In this document: positions 51,890 through 60,766 of the stretch, piece after piece
How positions within the stretch are numbered: the first letter of the stretch is position 1
Layout of the letters: each line of letters begins with the position of its first letter
IMG/VR virus record: IMGVR_UViG_3300042197_003184
Location: 64,001 to 128,000 of that record
Strand: one strand, 5' to 3'
Source of the DNA: a virus
Length of the DNA stretch: 64,000 nt
Made by a program: the position numbers and the translations under genes
Notes under the pieces: model-generated
Databases searched by the model: none
The model's input: only the letters and a program-made list of their open reading frames with translations
What the model was told of the DNA's origin: nothing

Positions 51890-54800
51890 TTAATTTGAAT
51901 CTAAATGTAATAGTAATCTTGTTTTGTTATATGTGTTGTCTTCTCTAAGAACCGTTAGTGTCGGAGAAACCGTTGAAACATAACTTCCTGTACCAGCTAT
52001 ATTAATCGCTGCTACCCTGAAAGAGTAGCTAGTACCAACAGTTAATCCGTCAACCACAATAGATGTACTTATACTAGGACTATGAATATAGTCTGTCCAT
52101 GTGCTTCCATTATCTGATGAATATTGTACGGAATAGTCTTTGATAGCCGAATTATTAGCTGTTGGAGCTGTCCAACTTAAATAAGCTCTATCGCTGTCTG
52201 GTATAACATTAAGGTTTGTTGGTGCTCCTAAAGTACTGATAGCGCTAGTGGTTGAAGAACTATAATTACTAGCTCCTATAGCATTAACTGATCGTGCTCT
52301 AAAAGTATATGGAGTACCAATTGTGGATAGTCCGGTTATTCTATTAGCAGGGGCCTGTGGTAGTGATCTTGGGTCAAAATTACTTGTATATCTTGCTACC
52401 CCTTTAGTGATTCGTATATCGTTCATGTGTCCATAAAAATATTCATTTCCAGCAGGCCAGCCACCAACATACACCTTACGATTAGTATTATAGACAGTAT
52501 CTGCAACAAAATTTAATACCGAAATACCATTAAGATACAGAGTTATGATTCTGCCACTACGCACAACAGCAACATGATTCCAAACATTAGCATACGGTAC
52601 GGCACTGCTTTCTTGTTGACCGCCAGTTACGGCGGTATAAAAAGATAGCACACCAGTACTCTGTCTCAAATATAGCTGCCAGTCTCCGTCCGTGCCTTCG
52701 CTTCCACCATTACCTCGTTTACTTATGACGGTATTGTATTTACTCCAATCTCCTGTTGGCCTTATCCAACCCTCTATAGTCCAGTCTTGATTACGCAAAT
52801 CAAAAGCCGAGTTATTTTCTATTACTAAATTATCATTAGATCCATCAAATACTACGCTACCATTACTAAACCACCCTTGAGATGTAGTAATTTTTGTATC
52901 TCCAACAATACTAACATTATGATTGTGTTTTGAATCATCAATAATATCAAAAGAGTTATTGGTTCCCGTCATTGGTAACAATAATGATACCTTGTCATAA
53001 TAAGGATCAGAAACTACTGACAAGTTATTCCATGTTGATCCGTCTTCCGAATACTGAAAATTATAAGCCGTTATAGGAGAACGACCATCGTTTGTTGGTG
53101 GAGTCAAGGACACTTTAAAGATATTGTCTCTTTCGGTAACAGCTAATCCGCTAGGAGATGATGGTGCTGTTGGGGCAGGACCAAGGTTTGGTGCGGGGGC
53201 TGCTGGTTTTGTAAAGCTTGAGGTGTATCTTGATATTCCTTTGGTTATTCTAAGGTCGTCAATATATCCTTTATAATTATCTGTTATAGAGTTACTAGAT
53301 GATCGACTAGCTCCTACTGTTAGACCGTTGGAGTTGATTCTGTTTATGTTATCTGTAAATGGTCCTTGGTTTGGAAATGAACTGCTGGGTGGAGTAAAAT
53401 TAGAAGTATAGCGAGCTATACCTTTAGTGATACGAATCTCATCAATAAAGCCACCACCCCACGACGGATAACCAGAACTTCGTCGTCCTGCAACATCTCC
53501 AATCCACAAAGCCTGACCATTCAAATTAGCATTGCCAATATCAGCTGGGGTTCCGGCCACGCCATTAACCCATATGGTTGCGATACTACCGCTTCTGGTC
53601 ATAGCAATATGAGTCCATTGACCAACAGCCAAGCCAGTAGAATGAGAAGCGTAACTTGCTGTGACAGCGAAATATGTGGACATACCATTCGTACCTCCTG
53701 CCAAAACCCAAGGACTGCCCACTGCCGAAGAACGAAAATCCATAATGTTTCTAGAATCGAACCCAACATCAAGATAAATCCATGCCTCTATCGTAAAATC
53801 GCTCGTTCCTAGTTGTAGATCCGAGTCGCTGGCAACAGAGATAGCTCCGTCTGTACCAAGGCTTAGACTAGTTGCTCCAAACTTGCTTTGTGCTGTCGAA
53901 AGTTTAGCAGTTCCATGGACAGAGATGGCTCTTGTGTCAAGACTGGAGTCTGTTAAAGAAATAGCTTCATCGACCCCATCCATATGCAACAATAACGACA
54001 CATTACTATAGTATGGGTCTACTGCGGATGTTCCTAGTTCGTTGCCGTCTAAGAATAGCTTCAAACTATCGCTAGAACGACTGGCGGCTAAATGATACCA
54101 TGTTCCAGAAGCTAATGGAGGAGATACTTCTTTTTCTACTATTGTAGTATTGCCATTTCGGAATTGTACGATAGAAGAATTTACTGTGCAGCCCAGTATC
54201 TCTTTACGTGTGTACGAGAAAGCTCCTCCACCACCACTTTGCCAGCTCGTAAACTTAATTGCCCAATATCTATTGGTGGGTACATGCTTCATTATGAGTT
54301 CTTTACCAACCATCTCTGGAGTAGAATAACAGCTTCTTACAATGCCATAGTCTCTCCAATTACCATATGTTCGTGTGGTGTAATTACAAATATTGGTCCA
54401 GTTATTAGCATCTTCAACGCAACAATTATAATTATCTGATTGATATTGTCTACATCTATTCCAAACAGTATTAGCAGGAGAAGAACTCTGACTATAACCA
54501 CCTTCTATAGCACTATTATATATACCTTGCCCATCTCCTCGTGTAATTTCCAAAACGCCAGGAATAATCACATCCACTTCATTACCATAGTTTGTTGCAG
54601 TAAAGGAGACCTCTGGTCCGTAATTGACCGTGCCACCAGTAGACGGCGAGCCTACTGCTAATCTCCAACCCCCATCAGCTCCATCATAATTACCAACAAT
54701 AGCTTTGGTGCCATTCATATCATCTGGATTGATCCAAGCTTCTACGGTAAAGTCATCTGTACCTAATTGCCAAGCCTTATCTCCTGGAACGCTCAGATAA

Positions 54801-55447
54801 GAATTGCCGTCGAAATATGCGCTAGTTCCACCAAATTTACTTTGTGCCGAACTAATAACAACAGGACCTTTGTTTCCTACTGGTTTATCAAAACGTGAGC
54901 CGTCATCAAACGAAGAAATTGTTGCAGGATCGAGGGGGTTGGGTACAAAATTAGCAGTGTATCTTGCAACACCCTTACTAATGCGCAATCCGTCTATCCA
55001 CCCATCAATAGGATAAGATCCTGTATCTCCGTTACCTATGGCTAAATTTCTAGAACTGTCATTAACTAATGAGGAGCTGTTGTTCCATGATGATGTAAGA
55101 GATCCGTTTACAAATGTTCGAAAAGTTGAACCTGATCTTGTAACAGCAACGTGGTACCATGTATTCAGAGTTATGCTAGGCGCAACAGTTTGATTATTAG
55201 CAATGTCCCAGCTTGATCCGTTGCTAGAAGCATAAAATGCTATTCTAGAATCTCCTGTGGCATATATTAAAAAAGCACCAGTATGAGAAGGCCAGCCTTT
55301 GGTTACTATACCTCTGTCATTAAGCCAGCTATTAAACTTTACCCAACACTCTATAGTAAAATCCCCTGAGCCAAAGTTAAAGTCTTCGCTATGAGGAACT
55401 CTTAAAGATGAACTATTAGATACTCTAAGACTACTAGGTAATGGCAT
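51890..55447 (-). CDS. 1185-aa fibre/adhesin protein with four LamG and two FN3 domains
   Basis: LamG and FN3 motifs, several nested inside each other. Confidence 0.85.
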   Translation of the reverse strand: MPLPSSLRVSNSSSLRVPHSEDFNFGSGDFTIECWVKFNSWLNDRGIVTKGWPSHTGAFLIYATGDSRIAFYASSNGSSWDIANNQTVAPSITLNTWYHVAVTRSGSTFRTFVNGSLTSSWNNSSSLVNDSSRNLAIGNGDTGSYPIDGWIDGLRISKGVARYTANFVPNPLDPATISSFDDGSRFDKPVGNKGPVVISSAQSKFGGTSAYFDGNSYLSVPGDKAWQLGTDDFTVEAWINPDDMNGTKAIVGNYDGADGGWRLAVGSPSTGGTVNYGPEVSFTATNYGNEVDVIIPGVLEITRGDGQGIYNSAIEGGYSQSSSPANTVWNRCRQYQSDNYNCCVEDANNWTNICNYTTRTYGNWRDYGIVRSCYSTPEMVGKELIMKHVPTNRYWAIKFTSWQSGGGGAFSYTRKEILGCTVNSSIVQFRNGNTTIVEKEVSPPLASGTWYHLAASRSSDSLKLFLDGNELGTSAVDPYYSNVSLLLHMDGVDEAISLTDSSLDTRAISVHGTAKLSTAQSKFGATSLSLGTDGAISVASDSDLQLGTSDFTIEAWIYLDVGFDSRNIMDFRSSAVGSPWVLAGGTNGMSTYFAVTASYASHSTGLAVGQWTHIAMTRSGSIATIWVNGVAGTPADIGNANLNGQALWIGDVAGRRSSGYPSWGGGFIDEIRITKGIARYTSNFTPPSSSFPNQGPFTDNINRINSNGLTVGASRSSSNSITDNYKGYIDDLRITKGISRYTSSFTKPAAPAPNLGPAPTAPSSPSGLAVTERDNIFKVSLTPPTNDGRSPITAYNFQYSEDGSTWNNLSVVSDPYYDKVSLLLPMTGTNNSFDIIDDSKHNHNVSIVGDTKITTSQGWFSNGSVVFDGSNDNLVIENNSAFDLRNQDWTIEGWIRPTGDWSKYNTVISKRGNGGSEGTDGDWQLYLRQSTGVLSFYTAVTGGQQESSAVPYANVWNHVAVVRSGRIITLYLNGISVLNFVADTVYNTNRKVYVGGWPAGNEYFYGHMNDIRITKGVARYTSNFDPRSLPQAPANRITGLSTIGTPYTFRARSVNAIGASNYSSSTTSAISTLGAPTNLNVIPDSDRAYLSWTAPTANNSAIKDYSVQYSSDNGSTWTDYIHSPSISTSIVVDGLTVGTSYSFRVAAINIAGTGSYVSTVSPTLTVLREDNTYNKTRLLLHLDSN

Positions 55448-55459
55448 TATAATCTTTCC

Positions 55460-55822
55460 TTATGTTGTTAGTTCTACCCAATTTTGAGACTCTTCATCCC
55501 ACTTGTAAACCTTGCCGTCTGTTGGGTGGTCTACTGGGGCTTTCCATCGACAACTGTTAGTATCCAAAGTCCATGAAGCAAAAGGCTGGGGAGCAACAAA
55601 AGCATCCAAACCCTCATTATAACTATACCCTATACCAGCATAATTTTTCCTAATTTTGCCGTTGTACGATGTTTGTTTCCATCTATTATGACCAAATAAA
55701 GAGGCTAAGAAATTTACTCCTTTGCTCTCACTTTCTTCTCCATTATCAATTAATTCATTATTGTTAACAACAATCACTTGAGTTACAATATTATTGTCAT
55801 CTAATTCAGCAAAATGGGCCAT
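55460..55822 (-). CDS. Small fibre-associated protein (possible assembly chaperone)
   Basis: MAHFAELD..IVTQVIVV..WKQTSYN..RKNYAGIGY..F..PQPF.SW..Y.WDE pattern, commonly found next to Gly-rich fibre genes. Confidence 0.7.
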   Translation of the reverse strand: MAHFAELDDNNIVTQVIVVNNNELIDNGEESESKGVNFLASLFGHNRWKQTSYNGKIRKNYAGIGYSYNEGLDAFVAPQPFASWTLDTNSCRWKAPVDHPTDGKVYKWDEESQNWVELTT

Positions 55823-55835
55823 TTTATTCTCCTTC

Positions 55836-58800
55836 TTAGAATGTTATAGAACCTGTTCCTGTGAAAATATAAAGTTTACCACCGTCACTGTTAGAATCAG
55901 GGAATTGGGAATCCGGTACGCTTATAGAGGATCCTGTATAATTCCTGCCACTGCCGATAGTAAATCTTACATCATCTATATAGTAGTTGGGTGATGACCA
56001 GCCATAACCAGTAAAATCAAAATTTGCTCCTATAAACCCATACGGTAAACTAGCTAGATTATAGTTGTTGTTATCTGTGGTACTATCCACTAGTATTCCG
56101 TCCACATAGGTTCTAGTAGTACCAGATGTGCGAGCAATAGCAATATAAACCCATTGAGATAAAGGCAGGGTAGCGATCCATTGTCTACCATTAGATGGTA
56201 AATTTAAAGATAGTCTTCTGCTCTGATCTATTTCTACATTAAATCCTGTGACACCCGGATATCGAAAATCGAAAAGAGCACTATTATCAGATTGAGACCC
56301 AGCAATAAATACCCAGCTTTCCAGTGTGAAATCTTGAGTTCCTATGTTAGACATAGAGCCTATTCTTAAATAAGATCCATTACCTAATAATGCTGCGCTT
56401 TTACCTCCCCATTTAGATTGAGTCGATGACTGTGTAGCAGAACCGAATGCCGTAATAGTCTTTGGATTTGGTGAGACATCTGTAAATACTGATGCATTGT
56501 CGTTCATATGTAATAATATTGATACATCTTTAAAATAAAGATCACTAGCTGGACTAATAATAGGGGATCCGGTTGTTGATGTTGCTGCTACAGAAGATTT
56601 GATTACTACTACGCCAGAGGCACCTGAGCCAGCAGCGTTGTTGCCGGAACCTCCAGCGCCTCCACCTCCGCCGGTATTTGCGACGGCTGCTGTTCCGGTA
56701 CTTCCGGCTCCTCCTGTGCCGCCACCCCCACTACCGCCAGAACCAGCCGTTGCGCTGCCGGTATTGGTACCTCCACCACCACCACCTGCGTATGTTGTTC
56801 CGTACCACGACCTACCATTGCCTCCAGAACCACCTACAGAGCTGGTTCCATTGCTGCCAGCCGTCTCTGCCCCGCCACCGCCACCTCCTCCATATGCTGG
56901 GGAATTATAGTTTGACGATCCCCCGTTATTTCCGTATCCTATAAATGGTCCGGAACTGGTTTGTGTAGCGGTGCCGCCAACAGATCCTTCGTTATTTGAT
57001 CCTCCGCCAGAACCTCCGTTTTTGCCGTTGGCATTAGGAGAACATCCGCCACCACCACCACCATTCGCCGTATGACCAGCAAACGTAGAATCAGATCCGG
57101 TATTGCCAGCATTGCTGGATACTGCTGTTCCACCAGCACCAACAGAAACAATGTAGGTTTCTCCCACAGTAAGAGATAAAGCAGTAGCTTCTAACAAACC
57201 TCCAGCGCCGCCGCCACCGCCTCCACCATTACCAGAACCGCCAGCGCCGCCTCCTGCCACAACTAAGGCTTCAACAGAAACGTCTGGAATTGGTAGAGTT
57301 ACTGACTTAGCTTTCCAACCTCCTTGGCCATTACTATTAATGGCCGCCACTCTAAAATAGTAGTTTCCATCAGCTAGTCCAGAAATTGTAACACTATTGG
57401 TGCTAGATGTTCCGTCGTTTACGGTAGTCCAATTAGATTCGTTTTCTGTACGGTATTGAATCACATAATCAGTAGCTCCGTCTATAGAGTCCCATGATAG
57501 GGTCGCCTCTCCTGGAGTGCTAGAGCTGGCAGTTATATTGGTTGGAGGAGTAGGGGGAGATGCTGATGGAAAAGTTATGGATCCAGTACCAGTAAACATA
57601 TAAATATTGTATAAACCATCAGCTGATACTGTTGGGCTTCCTGTTGTTGAAGTTGCGGTGGCTTTTGTTCTTAGAATAACAGCACCAGAACCTCCAGTTC
57701 CTCCATAGTTATTAGAATTGTAATGAGAGCCTCCACCACCACCTCCTCCAGTATTAGCTCCACCATTTCCACCAGGAGTATTAGTTTGAGAATTTGTACT
57801 ACCTCCACCTCCAGATGCTCCATTATTTATGCCAGCTCCACCAACCGTTGTACCAACAGCCCCGCCACCTCCACCACCAATACCTCCGTCTCCTCCGGTA
57901 GTAGTATAACCAGAACCACCGCCGCCACCTGCCCAGTAATAAAGAGTTCCTAATATTCTGCTAAGTACTCCAGGACCGCCGTGGCCTCTTACGCTACCAT
58001 TTCCAATACCAGCACCTCCGGCTCCACCACCGCCACCAGGATACCAGTGTGGTCCGCTGCCAGCACCATCATATCCTTGTTTGGCAGTACCGCTTCCAGG
58101 CAAGCCACCATAACTACTACCGTTTTGACGACCACCTGATCCACCACCACCACAACCTCCACTATTTGCATTCCATCCGTTACCGTTATGTTGACTAGCC
58201 CCGTAACCTCCGCCTAGTGCTGTAACCAGAGCGTTGCCTATTACGGAAATAATACTGTTACCTCCATTGGTGCCTGACCCACCACTACCAGCAGGTGCTC
58301 CAGACCCACCAGCACCCACAACCACATTCAGAGTACTAACATTTGCTAAATACATAGGAGATTCTGCTGTTGATCCTCCGCCAGAAGTTGCTCCCTCAAC
58401 GTTGGTGATCAAACCACCGGCACCACCGCCACCACCCATATCGTTACCTCCGCCTCCTCCACCAGCGACCACTAGATATTCAACAGAAATTCCTGTTAAT
58501 GGCAGAGCTAGATCTATAGAAGTCCAAGAACTTTGTAGATCTCCATTGGTACCAGCTATTCTAAAAGTATATGTTCCATTGGGTAAATTATTGATAGTGG
58601 TACTATTATTAGATGATACTCCGTCATTAACGGTTGTCCAAACTATTCCTCCGTCTGTGCTGTACTGAATAATATAGTCTGATGCTCCTGGAGGTAGTGT
58701 GGGTGCTGTCCAAGACAGCGTTAACGACCCACTTTGTGGTTGAGATGGTACAATATTAGTTGGTGCAGGTAGCGGGCCTGAGTACGTTGATGTTGAGGGG

Positions 58801-59765
58801 CCGTTAATGGCATAAATAGTTTTGGGGTTAGGAGACAAATCTCTAAAAGGATTAGAAGGATTAGGATATGCCGAAGTGGGTAATGTAATATTACGAGCAA
58901 CACCGTTGGTGAATCTGAATTCATCTATCTGACCATCAAAACCACCAACACTAGCCACCCTACCAACACTAAATCCATTCTGATTAAAATTAGTAGAAGA
59001 GAAAATAGTACTATTACTTACTGTTTGTTCTACTCCATCAATAAATATTTTTATAGTACCGCTTTGTCTAAGTATGGCTAAGTGATACCACGTATTTGTT
59101 GAAGCAGACCACGGGGAGGTGCAATAATTACTCGTGGCGTGTTGTCCAACCATCAGATTACCAGAACTATACTGAATATACCATTTGCCACCATCTGCAC
59201 CATTAGGGTCTGATGTTGGATTACAAATAGGGTTTGCACTATTGATAGATCTAAACTTAACAAATAACTCAACAGTAAAATCTCCTGTCCCAACACTAAA
59301 ATCATTAGACGAATCAAAAGTTAGATAATTAGACCCATTAAAAGATAAAGAGCCTGTGCCAAATCTACTGTCGGATATTGTTTGAACTGGTACGGCCCCG
59401 TTAGTATAAACATTTTTGTTACCAAGAGAAGAGTCTGTTAAAGCTATACCATCGCCATGTAATAACAATTTTGTTTCTAAAGAATAGGGATCATCATTAG
59501 GACCGTATTGAGTTGTTCCCAGGATAAAAGCATCATTGCCATAATATGAGTCTCCATTAATTACCTCATCCATATTTAGCAATAATTCTACATTATGATA
59601 ATTGTCGTCTATAGCAAATAAAGACGGCGTTGCTAATACATAGTCTGTAAATGGGCCAACGCCTATAGAATTTACTGCTGCTACTCTAACTCGATAAGTA
59701 ACATCGTTAGTTAAGCCGGTAATAGTGTAACTTCTATTAGCACTATTGGTATTAATAGTTGGCAT
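55836..59765 (-). CDS. 1309-aa fibre/adhesin protein with FN3, LamG and two Gly-rich domains
   Basis: FN3 C-half start, LamG motifs, two VE.LVVAGGG.GG...FTGTGSITF domains. Confidence 0.85.
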   Translation of the reverse strand: MPTINTNSANRSYTITGLTNDVTYRVRVAAVNSIGVGPFTDYVLATPSLFAIDDNYHNVELLLNMDEVINGDSYYGNDAFILGTTQYGPNDDPYSLETKLLLHGDGIALTDSSLGNKNVYTNGAVPVQTISDSRFGTGSLSFNGSNYLTFDSSNDFSVGTGDFTVELFVKFRSINSANPICNPTSDPNGADGGKWYIQYSSGNLMVGQHATSNYCTSPWSASTNTWYHLAILRQSGTIKIFIDGVEQTVSNSTIFSSTNFNQNGFSVGRVASVGGFDGQIDEFRFTNGVARNITLPTSAYPNPSNPFRDLSPNPKTIYAINGPSTSTYSGPLPAPTNIVPSQPQSGSLTLSWTAPTLPPGASDYIIQYSTDGGIVWTTVNDGVSSNNSTTINNLPNGTYTFRIAGTNGDLQSSWTSIDLALPLTGISVEYLVVAGGGGGGNDMGGGGGAGGLITNVEGATSGGGSTAESPMYLANVSTLNVVVGAGGSGAPAGSGGSGTNGGNSIISVIGNALVTALGGGYGASQHNGNGWNANSGGCGGGGSGGRQNGSSYGGLPGSGTAKQGYDGAGSGPHWYPGGGGGAGGAGIGNGSVRGHGGPGVLSRILGTLYYWAGGGGGSGYTTTGGDGGIGGGGGGAVGTTVGGAGINNGASGGGGSTNSQTNTPGGNGGANTGGGGGGGSHYNSNNYGGTGGSGAVILRTKATATSTTGSPTVSADGLYNIYMFTGTGSITFPSASPPTPPTNITASSSTPGEATLSWDSIDGATDYVIQYRTENESNWTTVNDGTSSTNSVTISGLADGNYYFRVAAINSNGQGGWKAKSVTLPIPDVSVEALVVAGGGAGGSGNGGGGGGGAGGLLEATALSLTVGETYIVSVGAGGTAVSSNAGNTGSDSTFAGHTANGGGGGGCSPNANGKNGGSGGGSNNEGSVGGTATQTSSGPFIGYGNNGGSSNYNSPAYGGGGGGGAETAGSNGTSSVGGSGGNGRSWYGTTYAGGGGGGTNTGSATAGSGGSGGGGTGGAGSTGTAAVANTGGGGGAGGSGNNAAGSGASGVVVIKSSVAATSTTGSPIISPASDLYFKDVSILLHMNDNASVFTDVSPNPKTITAFGSATQSSTQSKWGGKSAALLGNGSYLRIGSMSNIGTQDFTLESWVFIAGSQSDNSALFDFRYPGVTGFNVEIDQSRRLSLNLPSNGRQWIATLPLSQWVYIAIARTSGTTRTYVDGILVDSTTDNNNYNLASLPYGFIGANFDFTGYGWSSPNYYIDDVRFTIGSGRNYTGSSISVPDSQFPDSNSDGGKLYIFTGTGSITF

Positions 59766-59810
59766 ATTTATCCTAAAAAGAAAGCGTATGACTAAACTTA
59801 GTTATTTATG

Positions 59811-59818
59811 CATACACC
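59811..59818 (-). promoter_or_regulatory. GGTGTATG variant of the intergenic motif
   Basis: 2 nt after the recombinase stop, about 46 nt upstream of the 59765 ATG. Confidence 0.45.
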
Positions 59819-59820
59819 TT

Positions 59821-60678
59821 TTATGATATTAACTGCGGAGTTTGTGGAATTCTAGTAGTAATTTGACCATAATCAATATAGCTTTTTTCTGCTAATCCAC
59901 TAGATCGGTGTCCTAGGTGAAATTTAGCCATACCCGGCTGGTTTATTTCTATATGGGTAGCTCCGCTACGTCTTAAGAATTTACTGGAGCCTTTTATATT
60001 GCAGAATTTAAGAAAATCATACATAATAATTTGAGCCCTTCTTTTACCACACAACCATCCTAATATTCTATTGTCGTCAGAAGATTTGTATGATAATAAT
60101 TCATTAATACTATCTACGCAAGCGGAGCTTAAGACCTTAGTCATAGGATCGCCAGTTTTGCTCATGGTCCAGCGTAATATGTTGTTATCAATATGGTCTA
60201 TTGTAAAAGTTAATAAGTCTCCAAAACGAGCACCACTTTCATAACCTAATAATAACCATGCTCTAATAAAACATCCTAATGGAACTCCTTTTTTACTAAT
60301 TTTATCAAATTCATAACTTTTATCTATCAACATTTTACACTCATCAATCGTCCAAGCTTTTGTTGGGGCTTTTCTAGCTTTAATAGACACAATATTTTTG
60401 GGAGCAAATTTTACCAAATTATTTTCATAAGCATAATTCCATAAGGTTAACAAAATGGTACGCTCTGATTTAACAGTAATAGAACTAGCTTTAGTTAGAC
60501 GATCTTTTAAATAGTTATTAACAACATCTTTTAAGATATATTTACATCTTTTAGCAATTCTATAAACATTGCTCTCATATTCTTTAGACACTATATGATT
60601 ATTCATATAATGCTTAACAATACTAACAAAAGTTACATTCTTAGTTTTAGTCTTGGTCTTGGTCCTGGTCTTAGTCAT
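59821..60678 (-). CDS. Tyrosine recombinase/integrase
   Basis: ESGARFGDL (R), SKTG (K), KFLRRSGAT (box II, usual His replaced by Lys), LGH, SYID (Y); AAGGAGG RBS. Confidence 0.88.
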   Translation of the reverse strand: MTKTRTKTKTKTKNVTFVSIVKHYMNNHIVSKEYESNVYRIAKRCKYILKDVVNNYLKDRLTKASSITVKSERTILLTLWNYAYENNLVKFAPKNIVSIKARKAPTKAWTIDECKMLIDKSYEFDKISKKGVPLGCFIRAWLLLGYESGARFGDLLTFTIDHIDNNILRWTMSKTGDPMTKVLSSACVDSINELLSYKSSDDNRILGWLCGKRRAQIIMYDFLKFCNIKGSSKFLRRSGATHIEINQPGMAKFHLGHRSSGLAEKSYIDYGQITTRIPQTPQLIS

Positions 60679-60699
60679 ATTAATATCCTCCTTAGAGGT

Positions 60700-60748
60700 A
60701 TTATAAGACTTTGTAACGAATAGTCAGCAACGCTTTTATTATTCGTTA
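60700..60748 (-). promoter_or_regulatory. Sigma70-like promoter of the recombinase overlapped by a 9-bp inverted repeat
   Basis: TATAAT at 60705-60700 with CTGACT 16 nt upstream; TAACGAATA (60714-60722) N17 TATTCGTTA (60740-60748). Confidence 0.55.
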
Positions 60749-60766
60749 TCTTTGTCGTATAGCGCA

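Noticed and set aside
46370-53460. Repeated DNA around tcctttggttattct..gtcaatatatcct as recombination sites
   Set aside because: Explained by the conserved LamG peptide GYIDEIRITKG; other copies vary at wobble positions
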